Part shown: positions 22,501 to 31,946 of the stretch, piece by piece
Layout of the letters: every line of letters starts with the position of its first letter
How positions within the stretch are numbered: position 1 is the first letter of the stretch
From: a bacterium
GTDB taxonomy: Bacteria; SAR324; NAC60-12
Direction: 5' to 3'
DNA length: 64,000 bases
NCBI GenBank assembly: GCA_965209155.1
Contig: OZ242383.1
Location: 2,912,001-2,976,000 of the forward strand
Position numbers and translations under genes: made by a program
The notes under the pieces: generated by a model
What the model was told of the DNA's origin: nothing
Seen by the model: the letters and a program-made list of their open reading frames with translations, nothing else
Databases searched by the model: none

Positions 22501-25335
22501 CTGGAAGGCGAGGCTTCGGCTGCGATGCTGGCTGAAGCCCCCTCCCCTCGATGGAGGGGCCCGGGGAGAGGGAGACGTGAACGTTCCAACATTGAAGCTG
22601 AACCCTCGGGGAAGGGGTCGAGTATGAAACTACCTTTTTCTGAAAAAAAACAATCTGAATACTTGGCTTCTTCCCCTGGAGAACGTAACATTGTTATCAA
22701 AGGGGCTTCCAAAAACAATCTGAAACACCTCGACGTCACCCTTCCCGTGAATAAGATGACAGTGATCACGGGGGTATCCGGTTCCGGGAAAACCAGTCTG
22801 GCTTTTGATACGATCTTTGCAGAAGGACAAGCCCGCTACCTGGAATCCCTTTCCACCTATGCGCGGCGATTCCTGGGACGCGTCGAGAAAGCACCTGTCG
22901 ATTCCATCGACGGCCTCGCTCCCGCCATCGCCATCAATCAGAAAACCGCGAGCCGAAATCCCCGTTCCACCGTCGCCACGACAACGGAAATTTATGATTA
23001 CCTGCGCCTCTTGTACGCGCGCATTGGCAAACCCCATTGTCCTCAATGTGGACAGCCCCTGTCAGATTATACTCCGACTCGGGCTGCCCAATACCTCGTG
23101 AAAAACTTTGATCAACAACGCGTGGTTCTGTTATCCCCGCTTTTCCGACCCAATTCTCCCAAAGTTCTTTTACTGGATGATCCTTTTCATTTAAAGCACA
23201 TCATCTCCAATTTACGGGCTGAAGGATTTGTTCGGCTTTATATAGACAACACCTTCATTCATCTTGATGAATGGGAACAAATTCTTCCCAAGCTTTCACT
23301 CACTCGCAAGAGCGTCGTGGATTTGGTGATTGACCGGGTAAAAATTCGCAAATCAGATCAAAAACGTTTCGCTGAAGCAATAGAAACAGCTTATCAACAT
23401 GGGCATGGACTGCTCAAACTCCTCTTTCCTGATAAAAACAATGCCTCATTGTTTTTATCTGAGCATCCCGGATGCGTTTCCTGCGACTATTACCAGGAGG
23501 AAGCACTGACTCCACGCATGTTCTCTTTCAATTCTCATGTGGGCGCCTGTCCTGCTTGTGATGGTTTGGGGACTCTCCCGACGGCGAAGGCGTCGAAGCT
23601 GAAGCCTCGACTTTCCAAACAAAAAAATCCCGCTCTCCTCCAAGGAGGGGCCAAGGGAGTCGAAGAAGCAGGGACGAGAGACATGTACGTGGCGCCGATG
23701 GTCTGTTCCGACTGTGAAGGGGAACGTCTCAAACCGGAATATCGCGCAGTCCGCATCAACCATCGAAATATCATTCAATTTTGCCATTTGAACGTCAGAG
23801 AAGCGCTGGCAGAAACGGAATGTTGGAAACTGAGCAAAAATCAGCAAATTGTGGCCGAACAAGCCCTTCGTGAAATCGGCGCCCGTTTGAGGTTTTTAGT
23901 AAATGTTGGTCTGGACTACCTCTCCTTGAATCAAGCCGCTTCCACCCTTTCGGGAGGAGAAACGCAACGCATCCGTTTGGCTTCTCAGATCGGTTCAGGA
24001 TTGATGGGGGTGATGTATGTTCTGGATGAGCCGACCATTGGACTGCATCCCCGAGATACCAACCGGTTACTGAACACCTTGCACCGTCTTCGCGATTTGG
24101 GAAACACCGTCATTTTGGTGGAACATGACCTCGATACGATGCGTGCTGCAGATCATATCATCGATATTGGACCGGGAGCGGGTCAATTTGGAGGGAAAGT
24201 GGTGCAATACGGTACCCCCAATCAACTTTCCTACTGCAAATCCTCTCTGACCGGCCAATATCTCAAAGGCAGCAAGTCCATACCTTTGCCCTTGACCAGA
24301 CGTCCTTTGGTTTCAGATGCGAAGGGCCGGATTAAATGCTTAACGGTTCATGGAGCCCGGGCAAACAACCTGAAAAATATTGAAGTTTCTTTTCCAGTGG
24401 GTGCATTTACGGTGGTTACAGGAGTTTCCGGATCCGGAAAATCATCGCTCGTCATCGAGATTCTTCAAAAAGCTCTGCAAAAGCATTGGTACATGCATCG
24501 GATTTACCCTGGTGAACATGATAAAATTACAGGATTAGAGCACATCGATAAATTTGTGATCATTGACCAGGAACCGATCGGCAAATCGCCACGTTCCAAT
24601 CCCGCCACTTACACGAAGTTAATGGATTCTTTGAGGGATTTGTTCGCACAATTGCCAGCAGCAAAAAAACGAGGATTTACTAAACGCCGATTCTCCTTCA
24701 ATGCGATTGAAGGTCGCTGTCCCGCGTGCGAAGGACAGGGACAGAACCAGATTGAAATGCATTTTCTCTCCGACGTCTGGATCGATTGTGACGAATGCAA
24801 AGGGAAACGATATAACCGGGAAACACTGAGGGTCACCTTTCGGGGTCATTCCATCGCCGACGTACTGAATCTGGAAATCGATCGCGCCGTTGAGCTTTTC
24901 AAGCATCAACCCAGGATTTTGCGTATCTGCAAAACTTTACAAGAGGTGGGATTGGGCTACATCAAATTGGGACAATCAGGCAATACGCTTTCCGGTGGAG
25001 AATCCCAGCGAGTTAAATTGTCTGCAGAATTGGCAAAACGCTCTACCGGTAAGACTCTCTATATTCTGGATGAACCGACCACCGGACTCCACATCGATGA
25101 TATCGCCCGCCTGCTCCAAATCCTGCATCGACTGGTCCAGGAAGGCAATACGGTGATCGTCATCGAGCACAATCCGGACGTCATCAAAACGGCTGATTAT
25201 ATCATTGACCTCGGACCCGAAGGAGGTGATAATGGAGGTCGGGTCGTTTTTGCTGGAAAACTTGATGAGGTTATCGATTGCCCTGACAGTCACACGGGTC
25301 ATTCGATTCGTCCTTTGCTCGAACTTGCGAACTGA
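19537..25335 (+). CDS. uvrA: Excinuclease ABC subunit A, double-length (two fused UvrA units)
   Basis: Four Walker A motifs (GVSGSGKS/T), four LSGGE signatures, four LDEP Walker B motifs and zinc fingers in 1932 aa. Confidence 0.95.
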   Translation: MKKNTREIVIVGANEHNLKNVNLTIPRDTLTVFTGVSGSGKSSLAFDIIFKEGQRRFVESLSSYARQFLGQTEKPKVEHIEGLSPTISVDQKTVNRNPRSTVGTITEIYDHFRLLFARLGTPHCPRCGIEITSQTADQITDHAYLEALNEPCLILAPMITERKGEYRRELEQWFREGFLRAQIDGEIRRLDEEIALARYEKHSINLVIDRMTLTATEKSRFVEGVERALHLTEGLVIVHYKNKDHLFSQLMACPRCQVAIPEMEPRLFSFNAPQGACFRCKGIGSITFFKEDKLCDPQKTLFDGALKCITERGNIMFTRIDQSHFKQLVKQFRIDASLPWGQLPSTQRKMILQGNAPIPLGISNIFRHGSILGKRLRVQKQWPGVIPILEYVNKFVKSSLEKFQDQLTCPECSGRRLNPTALAVRFRGQTIETISLMSIEESLEFFESLQINEKERKIGRDIFREIRSRLKFLNDVGVGYLSLNRSAATLSGGEGQRIRLASQVGSGLQGVLYILDEPSIGLHQSDNQKLIHTLKLLRDRGNTVLVVEHDEETITSADHLVDIGPEAGKNGGTITAQGTLNSLIQAADSITGQFLAGHETIPIPAKRRSPNGACLTIHEAALNNLRNITVKIPLGVFVAIAGVSGSGKSSLINGILKKALSQHLTRRRGLIAELPFSKKKQFRSLTPPPGVASASAEPTPEHESGAEDEIPGAHEKISGLQQVDRVIEINQSPIGRTPRSNPATYTKAFDEVRKLFASVPESKSRGYKPGRFSFNVKGGRCEDCKGAGIQTIEMQFLSDVQIPCDACQGKRFNAETLQIYYKGKTIYDVLEMTVIEAFDFFAAIPPLARILQTLKDVGLVYMRLGQPSTTLSGGEAQRVKLAAELRKKSTGKTLYILDEPTTGLHFQDIRVLLGCLNRLIDQGNTVIVIEHNLDVLKVADYLIELGPGGGKHGGREICHGTPESVARHQHSLTGKFLKRMLKNTLEHGLEGEASAAMLAEAPSPRWRGPGRGRRERSNIEAEPSGKGSSMKLPFSEKKQSEYLASSPGERNIVIKGASKNNLKHLDVTLPVNKMTVITGVSGSGKTSLAFDTIFAEGQARYLESLSTYARRFLGRVEKAPVDSIDGLAPAIAINQKTASRNPRSTVATTTEIYDYLRLLYARIGKPHCPQCGQPLSDYTPTRAAQYLVKNFDQQRVVLLSPLFRPNSPKVLLLDDPFHLKHIISNLRAEGFVRLYIDNTFIHLDEWEQILPKLSLTRKSVVDLVIDRVKIRKSDQKRFAEAIETAYQHGHGLLKLLFPDKNNASLFLSEHPGCVSCDYYQEEALTPRMFSFNSHVGACPACDGLGTLPTAKASKLKPRLSKQKNPALLQGGAKGVEEAGTRDMYVAPMVCSDCEGERLKPEYRAVRINHRNIIQFCHLNVREALAETECWKLSKNQQIVAEQALREIGARLRFLVNVGLDYLSLNQAASTLSGGETQRIRLASQIGSGLMGVMYVLDEPTIGLHPRDTNRLLNTLHRLRDLGNTVILVEHDLDTMRAADHIIDIGPGAGQFGGKVVQYGTPNQLSYCKSSLTGQYLKGSKSIPLPLTRRPLVSDAKGRIKCLTVHGARANNLKNIEVSFPVGAFTVVTGVSGSGKSSLVIEILQKALQKHWYMHRIYPGEHDKITGLEHIDKFVIIDQEPIGKSPRSNPATYTKLMDSLRDLFAQLPAAKKRGFTKRRFSFNAIEGRCPACEGQGQNQIEMHFLSDVWIDCDECKGKRYNRETLRVTFRGHSIADVLNLEIDRAVELFKHQPRILRICKTLQEVGLGYIKLGQSGNTLSGGESQRVKLSAELAKRSTGKTLYILDEPTTGLHIDDIARLLQILHRLVQEGNTVIVIEHNPDVIKTADYIIDLGPEGGDNGGRVVFAGKLDEVIDCPDSHTGHSIRPLLELAN

Positions 25336-25386
25336 GCGGTTCAACCGGCTGTCTCAAAACCGTTGCCGGAAACTGGATATTTAAAA

Positions 25387-25545
25387 ATGCGTCCAATCTT
25401 ATTATTCCTGATTTTCACTATTGGCGGTCTGATTCATTCATGGCCTCAACCGGTCTCCGACCGATTTGAGGAGATGCCTGCTCACCTGGAAAAACAATAC
25501 CAGCTTTCATTGTCTCGACCCACAGTTTCGCTGCTCCCCAACTGA
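25387..25545 (+). CDS. Possible small exported peptide
   Basis: 52-aa ORF with signal-like start MRPILLFLIFTIGGLIHS; no homology recognised. Confidence 0.25.
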   Translation: MRPILLFLIFTIGGLIHSWPQPVSDRFEEMPAHLEKQYQLSLSRPTVSLLPN

Positions 25546-25558
25546 ACTACCGAAAGTC

Positions 25559-26695
25559 ATGCTTCCTGCCATTGCCAATCAGCCCCTTTATGTGACCTGG
25601 TTGGGTTTGTTGGCCAATTTGGCACTTGCCCTGCTCAAGGGGGTGGCAGGAATCTTTTCAAACTCTGCTGCCATGATTGCGGATGCCGGTCATTCATTTT
25701 CAGATCTCCTCTCCGATTTGGTCGCCCTCTGGGCCCTGCGCATGGCACAAACCCCGAAAGATCAGAACCATCCTTACGGCCATGGAAAATTCGAAACCAT
25801 CGGCGCACTTTTTCTTGCGTTGATGCTGATTGCCACCGGGATTGGCATAGCCATCCATGCTTTTGAGCAAGTTGATCAACGAGAAGTTCCAGGCAATCTT
25901 GCGTTGGCAGTGGCCATTGCATCTATTCTTTTCAAAGAAGCGCTTTATCGAATCACCGCTTATATCGGTGAACGCAACCATTCCCGCATGTTGATTGCCA
26001 ACGCATGGCACCATCGCTCGGATGCCATTTCCTCGTTAGTGGCCTTGATTGGCATTGGGGGGGCGCAATGGGGATTTCCCGTTTTGGATCCCATTGCCGG
26101 AATTCTGGTGGCAGGATGGATTATCAAAATCGGACTGACGATTGGTTATAATAGTGTCAGGGAATTGAGCGACGAGGTGGTAGAGGAAGATATCTTGCCT
26201 GCTTTGAAACAAGCCTTGAATCAAATCGAAGGTGTGGAAAAATTCCACGACTTGCGCACACGTCGTATGGGTTCTTATGTATTGGTGGATCTTCACGTGC
26301 AAGTCGACTCGCGACTGAGTGTTTCTGCTGGCCACCAAATTGGAGAAAGGGTGCGCATGATGCTCCTGGAACAAATCCCTCAAGTGAATGAGGTGCTGGT
26401 CCATATAGATGCGGAAGAAGATCTCGATGAGTCCCACCCCACTCTCATGCGCCCCCAATCCGACATCGAGAGTGACATCCGCAAAATTCTTCAGACCCTT
26501 CCTGAAATAAAAGGCGTCTCTCACATCCTTTGCCATTTTCTTAAAGAGCAACTGAGCGTGCAAATCGAGATCATGGTCGACCCTCGACTGCGTGTTTACG
26601 AAGTACAAAAAATCGCCAGAAAAGCACGCAGGCTCGTAGAAGAAATCGATGACGTTCAAACGGCGGACATCCACCTGGAACTGGATGATTTGTGA
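25559..26695 (+). CDS. Cation diffusion facilitator transporter with duplicated C-terminal dimerisation domain
   Basis: ADAGHSFSD, HPYGHGKFE, NAWHHRSD, VLVHID and a second ADIHLE domain. Confidence 0.92.
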   Translation: MLPAIANQPLYVTWLGLLANLALALLKGVAGIFSNSAAMIADAGHSFSDLLSDLVALWALRMAQTPKDQNHPYGHGKFETIGALFLALMLIATGIGIAIHAFEQVDQREVPGNLALAVAIASILFKEALYRITAYIGERNHSRMLIANAWHHRSDAISSLVALIGIGGAQWGFPVLDPIAGILVAGWIIKIGLTIGYNSVRELSDEVVEEDILPALKQALNQIEGVEKFHDLRTRRMGSYVLVDLHVQVDSRLSVSAGHQIGERVRMMLLEQIPQVNEVLVHIDAEEDLDESHPTLMRPQSDIESDIRKILQTLPEIKGVSHILCHFLKEQLSVQIEIMVDPRLRVYEVQKIARKARRLVEEIDDVQTADIHLELDDL

Positions 26696-26796
26696 TTCAG
26701 CAGTTTTTAGATCAAATTGACGAACACAAGTGGCTCAATGATCTTAAATGTCGTGTTCTGCGTAGCCCATCAGTACCGGATCCTTGGAAAAAGAAA

Positions 26797-27033
26797 ATGA
26801 AAACGACTCAATATTTTACATACACGAGAAAAAGACCTGATCGAGTGAATATCAAAGATTATTGGATTATGCATGTTATCGATAATCCTGTAAAGACAGA
26901 GACTCAATCAGATGGTAGGGTTAAGAAGTGGGCTAAGATCCAAGAAGCGAATAAATATCTCAGGGTAATTTTGTTAGAAAATGGCGAGACTGTACACAAT
27001 GCCTTCTTTGATAGCTCTTCCAAGGGAGATTAA
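26797..27033 (+). CDS. Putative RelE-fold toxin (DUF4258-like) partner of DUF2283
   Basis: QSDGR...YLRVILLENGETVHNAFFD; AT-rich; 2 bp upstream of a DUF2283 gene. Confidence 0.7.
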   Translation: MKTTQYFTYTRKRPDRVNIKDYWIMHVIDNPVKTETQSDGRVKKWAKIQEANKYLRVILLENGETVHNAFFDSSSKGD

Positions 27034-27035
27034 AT

Positions 27036-27242
27036 ATGAAAGTAAAATATTTTCCAGATACTGACACGGCTCTTGTGGAATTTATAGAGCAAGAAGTCTT
27101 TGAAACAAAAGAAATCAGTGAAAATGTTTATGTGGATTTAGATCAAAATGGGAATCTTATAAACATGACAATCGAGCATGCAAAAGCCAATGCCGGGCTA
27201 TGGGAATTTTCGTATCAAGAAATGATTCCCCAAACCGCTTAA
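27036..27242 (+). CDS. DUF2283-family putative antitoxin
   Basis: MKVKYFPDTDTALVEF...VDLDQNGNLINMTIEHA pattern; 68 aa, acidic. Confidence 0.8.
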   Translation: MKVKYFPDTDTALVEFIEQEVFETKEISENVYVDLDQNGNLINMTIEHAKANAGLWEFSYQEMIPQTA

Positions 27243-27247
27243 AACCT

Positions 27248-27304
27248 GTCGTACCAGTGCATCGAACGGACTCGTAAACTAGCCGCTCATGCTATTCGTT
27301 CGCA
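27248..27304 (+). mobile_element. Degenerate integron attC-like site
   Basis: GCATCGA (27259) pairs with TCATGC (27287) leaving one extra base; central CGGACT/AGCCG stem; ends in GTTCGCA; left core reads CGTAC rather than CGAAC. Confidence 0.55.
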
Positions 27305-27377
27305 GGAGCACATTCCAATAAAAATCGAGTTCAAACAAGTGGAAAATCAAGTGACAGATTTAACAAAACGATGATCT

Positions 27378-27556
27378 CATCTGCCAAAGAACAAGGTTGA
27401 GGAATTAGAAAGCATCATTCAACGAATCATGGGTACAGGAAAAGCGGAAATTATTGTGCTTTTGACTCTTATGCCAGGGGAGATTACAAGGAGAAAAGAG
27501 GCGACACCCAAGGGAAAAAAAGCGTTTACGACATTTTGGTAGTCACCTCAAATTGA
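27378..27556 (+). pseudogene. Remnant of minimal nucleotidyltransferase (MNT/HEPN-type)
   Basis: Restoring one base near 27462 gives HLPKNKVEELESII...IIVLFDSYARGDY...SVYDILVVT, matching LFGSxARG...SDxDILV with catalytic residues lost. Confidence 0.7.
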
Positions 27557-27692
27557 GAGAGTCGAATTGCTTTGCCAGGGAGGTAATCAGAGTTCTAAGC
27601 GCTCTTGCTTCCATGGCTCTCGTTCTTTTTCAAAGAGTTGACTGGCTTCTTGAAGAGCCTCGAGGTGGGGATTGGTATGTGACGCTGAGGCG

Positions 27693-28685
27693 CTATCCTT
27701 GATCCGGTTTGCGCGCGTGGCAGTAAAAACGCCAGGGTGCTGGATAACCCTCAATAGTCAGGTCAGGATCTCCAGGATCGAGAAAATCCTCCAGACTTTC
27801 AAAAGGCGCCCATTTCGTTTGCCGTTGTTCTTCAACGGTCAGCTTGATGACGCAGAAGGAATTTATCTCCCGGAAACCGGAACGCTGAAGCCAGTTAAGC
27901 AAACATGCGTGAGTCGGGATAAACCATGTTCCCGGAACCTTTCCATAGCGTTTCCCCGGAAAAAGAGCCATCGATTCTTCACCAGGAATTCCTGAAGATT
28001 CTACAATCAATTGCCCTCCTGGTCTCATCCCTTGTCGGATTTTTCGCAGGATTCCAATGGGATCGGGATGATGGTAGAGGATTCCCATACAAAAAACTAC
28101 GTCAAAAAAAGAGGAGAAAAAGTGAATGTGTTCGACCCCCAACAATTCAAAATGCAAAGAGGGGATCCGTGCAAATCGCTGCAAGAATTGAAAGGTATAC
28201 CAATGCCTCACCGTGGGATCGAATCCAATGACCAGTTCCGGATGATGCGCCGCCATGCGGAACAAATAATAACCATTGTTGCAGCCGATATCGGCAACCC
28301 GTTTTCCTTGCAAAGAATCCAAAACAGGCTCCACTCTTTCCCACTTGAGGTCGCTTTTCCACTCCGAGTCGATAAAATTTCCGAAAATCTCGAAAGGCCC
28401 TTTGCGCCACGGAATGAATGCCTCCAGGACCTGTTGCAAACGTTCATGTTCTTCCGCGGAGAGTTCCCCGGATCGACCAATGCGAATGACCCTTCCCAAT
28501 TTGACATAACGGGACCGAAATGGAGAAATTTGTTGAAGCGCCTCTTTAAAAACAAGTTTACTTGGGTAATTCAACCAGCGGCTACGTTCGGTTCTCACTT
28601 GTTGGATTGCCTCGTATTTAACCTCCTTCTTGAATTTCTCGAGATAATCCTCACTCATTTCCAAGTACCGGGAATTCGAATGCAT
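27693..28685 (-). CDS. cmoB: tRNA U34 carboxymethyltransferase
   Basis: PWRKGPF, IDSEWKSDLKW, DIGCNNGYY, GILYH, TIEGYPAP. Confidence 0.93.
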   Translation of the reverse strand: MHSNSRYLEMSEDYLEKFKKEVKYEAIQQVRTERSRWLNYPSKLVFKEALQQISPFRSRYVKLGRVIRIGRSGELSAEEHERLQQVLEAFIPWRKGPFEIFGNFIDSEWKSDLKWERVEPVLDSLQGKRVADIGCNNGYYLFRMAAHHPELVIGFDPTVRHWYTFQFLQRFARIPSLHFELLGVEHIHFFSSFFDVVFCMGILYHHPDPIGILRKIRQGMRPGGQLIVESSGIPGEESMALFPGKRYGKVPGTWFIPTHACLLNWLQRSGFREINSFCVIKLTVEEQRQTKWAPFESLEDFLDPGDPDLTIEGYPAPWRFYCHARKPDQG

Positions 28686-28691
28686 CTCGAT

Positions 28692-30620
28692 TCAATTGAC
28701 TGGTACGATTTTTCCGGATCGAACGGTCAACAACTTCATCTCCCGCTGCGCTTCTCCATTTTCTGAAAAAGTAATCATTCCCGTCATTCCAACATAGGGT
28801 TCCATGTGGAGTAAGGCTTGCTGTAATTGCCGATAATTCCTGTTTTCCTGAGAAGAGAGCAGATTTTGTAAAAGATTGACCGTGTCATAAGCATAGGCCG
28901 TGTAAGAAGTTGGTCCTCTATAATTCAAATGGTGCATATAAAAAAGTTCATGAAGTCTCAGGAATCGTTGCATTTGAGGTTGTTGAATTTGTTTGAAAAA
29001 ACTGTCAACAAAAACGGTCTCCCCGACGTACTTTTCGATGGTGGGCAAAATGGCGTAATCATTCCATCCACTGTCTCCTAAGATAAAGATATTTCCCAAA
29101 TTATAGACGGAGGAATAGGGGAGTAACACTTTGAGATCTTCAAGGTGATTCCTGCCAATTGGAACAAATAATGCGTCAAAGTCACGGACAGGCTGTTGCT
29201 CCTCTTCAAATTTTTCCAGGATAATTTTGTCCTGCGGATCGATAAAGCGATTCAAACCGGTAAAAGATTCAAAATGCTTTATAAAATTCTCTTGGCCCAA
29301 CTCGAAACTTTCTCCTCCCACAATCGTTCCTCCCAAACTTTCCACCTCTTGCCAGAAAAAATTCATTTTATATTTTCCTTCACGGGTTTCGGGATAGAGA
29401 ATCAAAAAGCGTCTTGCGTTTTTATAGTCGTAAGCATAACGGACCAATGCCTTCATTTCCTGTTCCCAGTTTTGATTGTTACGGAAAACGAAAGCGCCGG
29501 TATGCGGAATACTGGCAGTCAAAGACAAGGAAATCAAAGGGACTTGCAGACGTTGGGCTTCACGAGCTGCCGATTCTGAAGTCCTGCGAATCAAGGGGCC
29601 GATGATGGCAATCACATGCTCCTCTTCTACCAGTTCCCGGACGGCAGCAGCACTGATTTCCGCATTGAGTAAAGAATCTCGAAAAATCAATTCAAACGAT
29701 TCCCCATCCCCGCCGTCCTGCGAATCCCTGGTACGCAGTCCGGATTCCACCACTTCAGAAAATGCTATCAGTCCCAGTCTCAGTCCATGCATGGCTTCCC
29801 GGGCCAACGGCGCAATTTGGGGATTGGTGCTGCTCAACGGTAGTATCACGCCAATACGTTTGGGATTGACGCTTAAAATGAGATTTACGTGATTTTGCAA
29901 GCTCGACAAGTACTCCAGCTTTTCTGAGACGCGGTGCTTCTGAAGTTGAGACAACAGGGTCTCAATAAGTGAAAGAGCGGGGACGTATTCCTCTTGCTTC
30001 AACAATAAATTCAAGCGTAAATACGGCAATTCTTCCCTCACGAAATCAATATGGAAATATTTCTCCTCCAGGATTTGAAGCTCTTCCGCATTTTCGATAC
30101 TTTCCAGCAAATTGAGGATCTGCTCAGTCTGCGCAGAGAAATCAGGATGCGCGATTTCGGCCTGTTGCAACAAATAACCGGCAGCAGCCAGTGAATCTTC
30201 TTTTTCAGCAGCTTCCTGAGCCAAATATCCCAGCAACTTCGCCTTTTGTTCACATGTCAGGGGTTGATTTTTAAAAAAGAAAGGATAGGGGAAAAAATGG
30301 ATGGGAGTTTGTGACTCTGCAAGCCAATCAATATCACTGCATTCAGACATAGAAGCGCCGGTACTTTTTGGTGCGGAAGAATCACCGACAGACGTCGCTG
30401 CGACCCCTTCAGGATTTTTGACCCTTGCCGGTTCAAAATAACCGGGAAATAAAAGAATATCTTTCCGGCTTGACGCTCGTCGTTCGTTTTCCAGACTCGA
30501 TCGAATGGGGACAGAATGATTTTCTATCCAGTCTGACGTACTCAATACGCTTTGCGGAAAAGCAGTATTACTTATCATACAAATGCTCCCCATGGAGCAC
30601 AGCCACCTTTTCCAATGCAA
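28692..30620 (-). CDS. LpoA/LppC-like PBP activator (type 1 periplasmic-binding fold)
   Basis: IGVILPLS, IIGPL, FDALFVP, AYAYD, GMTGMITF; helical N-terminal region. Confidence 0.75.
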   Translation of the reverse strand: MHWKRWLCSMGSICMISNTAFPQSVLSTSDWIENHSVPIRSSLENERRASSRKDILLFPGYFEPARVKNPEGVAATSVGDSSAPKSTGASMSECSDIDWLAESQTPIHFFPYPFFFKNQPLTCEQKAKLLGYLAQEAAEKEDSLAAAGYLLQQAEIAHPDFSAQTEQILNLLESIENAEELQILEEKYFHIDFVREELPYLRLNLLLKQEEYVPALSLIETLLSQLQKHRVSEKLEYLSSLQNHVNLILSVNPKRIGVILPLSSTNPQIAPLAREAMHGLRLGLIAFSEVVESGLRTRDSQDGGDGESFELIFRDSLLNAEISAAAVRELVEEEHVIAIIGPLIRRTSESAAREAQRLQVPLISLSLTASIPHTGAFVFRNNQNWEQEMKALVRYAYDYKNARRFLILYPETREGKYKMNFFWQEVESLGGTIVGGESFELGQENFIKHFESFTGLNRFIDPQDKIILEKFEEEQQPVRDFDALFVPIGRNHLEDLKVLLPYSSVYNLGNIFILGDSGWNDYAILPTIEKYVGETVFVDSFFKQIQQPQMQRFLRLHELFYMHHLNYRGPTSYTAYAYDTVNLLQNLLSSQENRNYRQLQQALLHMEPYVGMTGMITFSENGEAQREMKLLTVRSGKIVPVN

Positions 30621-30628
30621 GCGCCCTC

Positions 30629-31942
30629 TCAGTGTTGAAGTTCACGCAGAATAAAGACAGGTCTGGCCATATAAGACGCCGCATTGATTTCTGCAGTTGC
30701 TTTTTGCACGATTCCTTCCTGACACGCCTCCAAAGTGAGATGAAAAATCGTTTTTTCCCGACCTCTTTCTCGATGGTGGTATTGTGGTAATTGTTCCAGG
30801 GCATAAATGTTGATGCCGTAATTTGCCAGTAAGTTGCCAATGTTTCCAACAATTCCCGGCTGGTCATTGATGTCAAAACGCAGGGTATGTTTGAAAACGC
30901 ATTCTGAAAAAGGGAGGATATAATCGGGTTGAATCAGCCAACTTGGGGCAGCAGGTGACGTAGCATTCCGGATTTTATGGATGTCGGATACGATCGCGGA
31001 TGCAGTCGGTCGAGCACCCGCTCCTCTGCCAATCAATGATATCTCTTCAGAGTATCTCCCTGTCACGGTGATTATATTGGTAGACCCTGTAATCTTAGCC
31101 AGTGTTCTTTCTTGGGGAATCATCAAAGGCGTGACAAAAACCCGCAACTGATTCTCCTTGCAGCAAAAATACGCCACCAGTTTGATTTTGCGATTCATAC
31201 GCGCCGCGTATTCGAAATCCGGCGATTCCAGTGTATCAATGCCCTCGACTGCAACTTCTTCCACGGGAATCCATTTCCCAGTTATCAGATAAATGAGAAT
31301 CACAATCTTATATCGTGCGTCGTATCCTTTTATGTCATTAGTGGGATCTTGCTCGGCAAAACCTTTTTCTTGAGCCTCCTTCAATGCCACCTCAAAGGAA
31401 ACGCCTCGTTGGTCCATCTCACTCAAAATATAATTCGTCGTCCCGTTGATGATGCCTGAAATTTCTTGAATATCGGGTAATGAAAAATAGTTTTGCATGA
31501 GATGAATCACGGGGATCGCGCCACCAACACTGGCTTCGAAAAGAAAATATTTTTGAACTTGCCTTGCCAGTTTCATCAATTCATGCCCATCAGTGGCGAT
31601 CAGATCTTTATTGGCGCTGATAACGTGTTTTCCGTGATTGAGAGCTTCCTCTATCACGATTTTAGCAAATCCCCGCCCTCCAATTGTCTCGACAATCACA
31701 TCGATTTGAGGATCCTTTACAATTTTTTGGAGATCTTCGACAAACAAATCGGGTTGTTCAGAATAAAATTTTCTGGCATGAGGACCTTTTTTATCGATTT
31801 CCAAAATTTTGACCAGTTGGACGGCCGCCCTCTTTGCGCAATGATCTTGAATGACTGTGGCCACTCCACTTCCAATGGTTCCCAATCCTGCAATAGCGAC
31901 TCGAATAGTTTGATTCATATTGCTTTGTTTCCACTCCTTCAA
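30629..31942 (-). CDS. hom: Homoserine dehydrogenase with ACT domain (start may be ATG 31918)
   Basis: GLGTIG, ISANK, FEASVGGAIP, INGTTNYIL, GFAEQDPTNDI, GRGAG. Confidence 0.95.
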   Translation of the reverse strand: MKEWKQSNMNQTIRVAIAGLGTIGSGVATVIQDHCAKRAAVQLVKILEIDKKGPHARKFYSEQPDLFVEDLQKIVKDPQIDVIVETIGGRGFAKIVIEEALNHGKHVISANKDLIATDGHELMKLARQVQKYFLFEASVGGAIPVIHLMQNYFSLPDIQEISGIINGTTNYILSEMDQRGVSFEVALKEAQEKGFAEQDPTNDIKGYDARYKIVILIYLITGKWIPVEEVAVEGIDTLESPDFEYAARMNRKIKLVAYFCCKENQLRVFVTPLMIPQERTLAKITGSTNIITVTGRYSEEISLIGRGAGARPTASAIVSDIHKIRNATSPAAPSWLIQPDYILPFSECVFKHTLRFDINDQPGIVGNIGNLLANYGINIYALEQLPQYHHRERGREKTIFHLTLEACQEGIVQKATAEINAASYMARPVFILRELQH

Positions 31943-31946
31943 ATTT

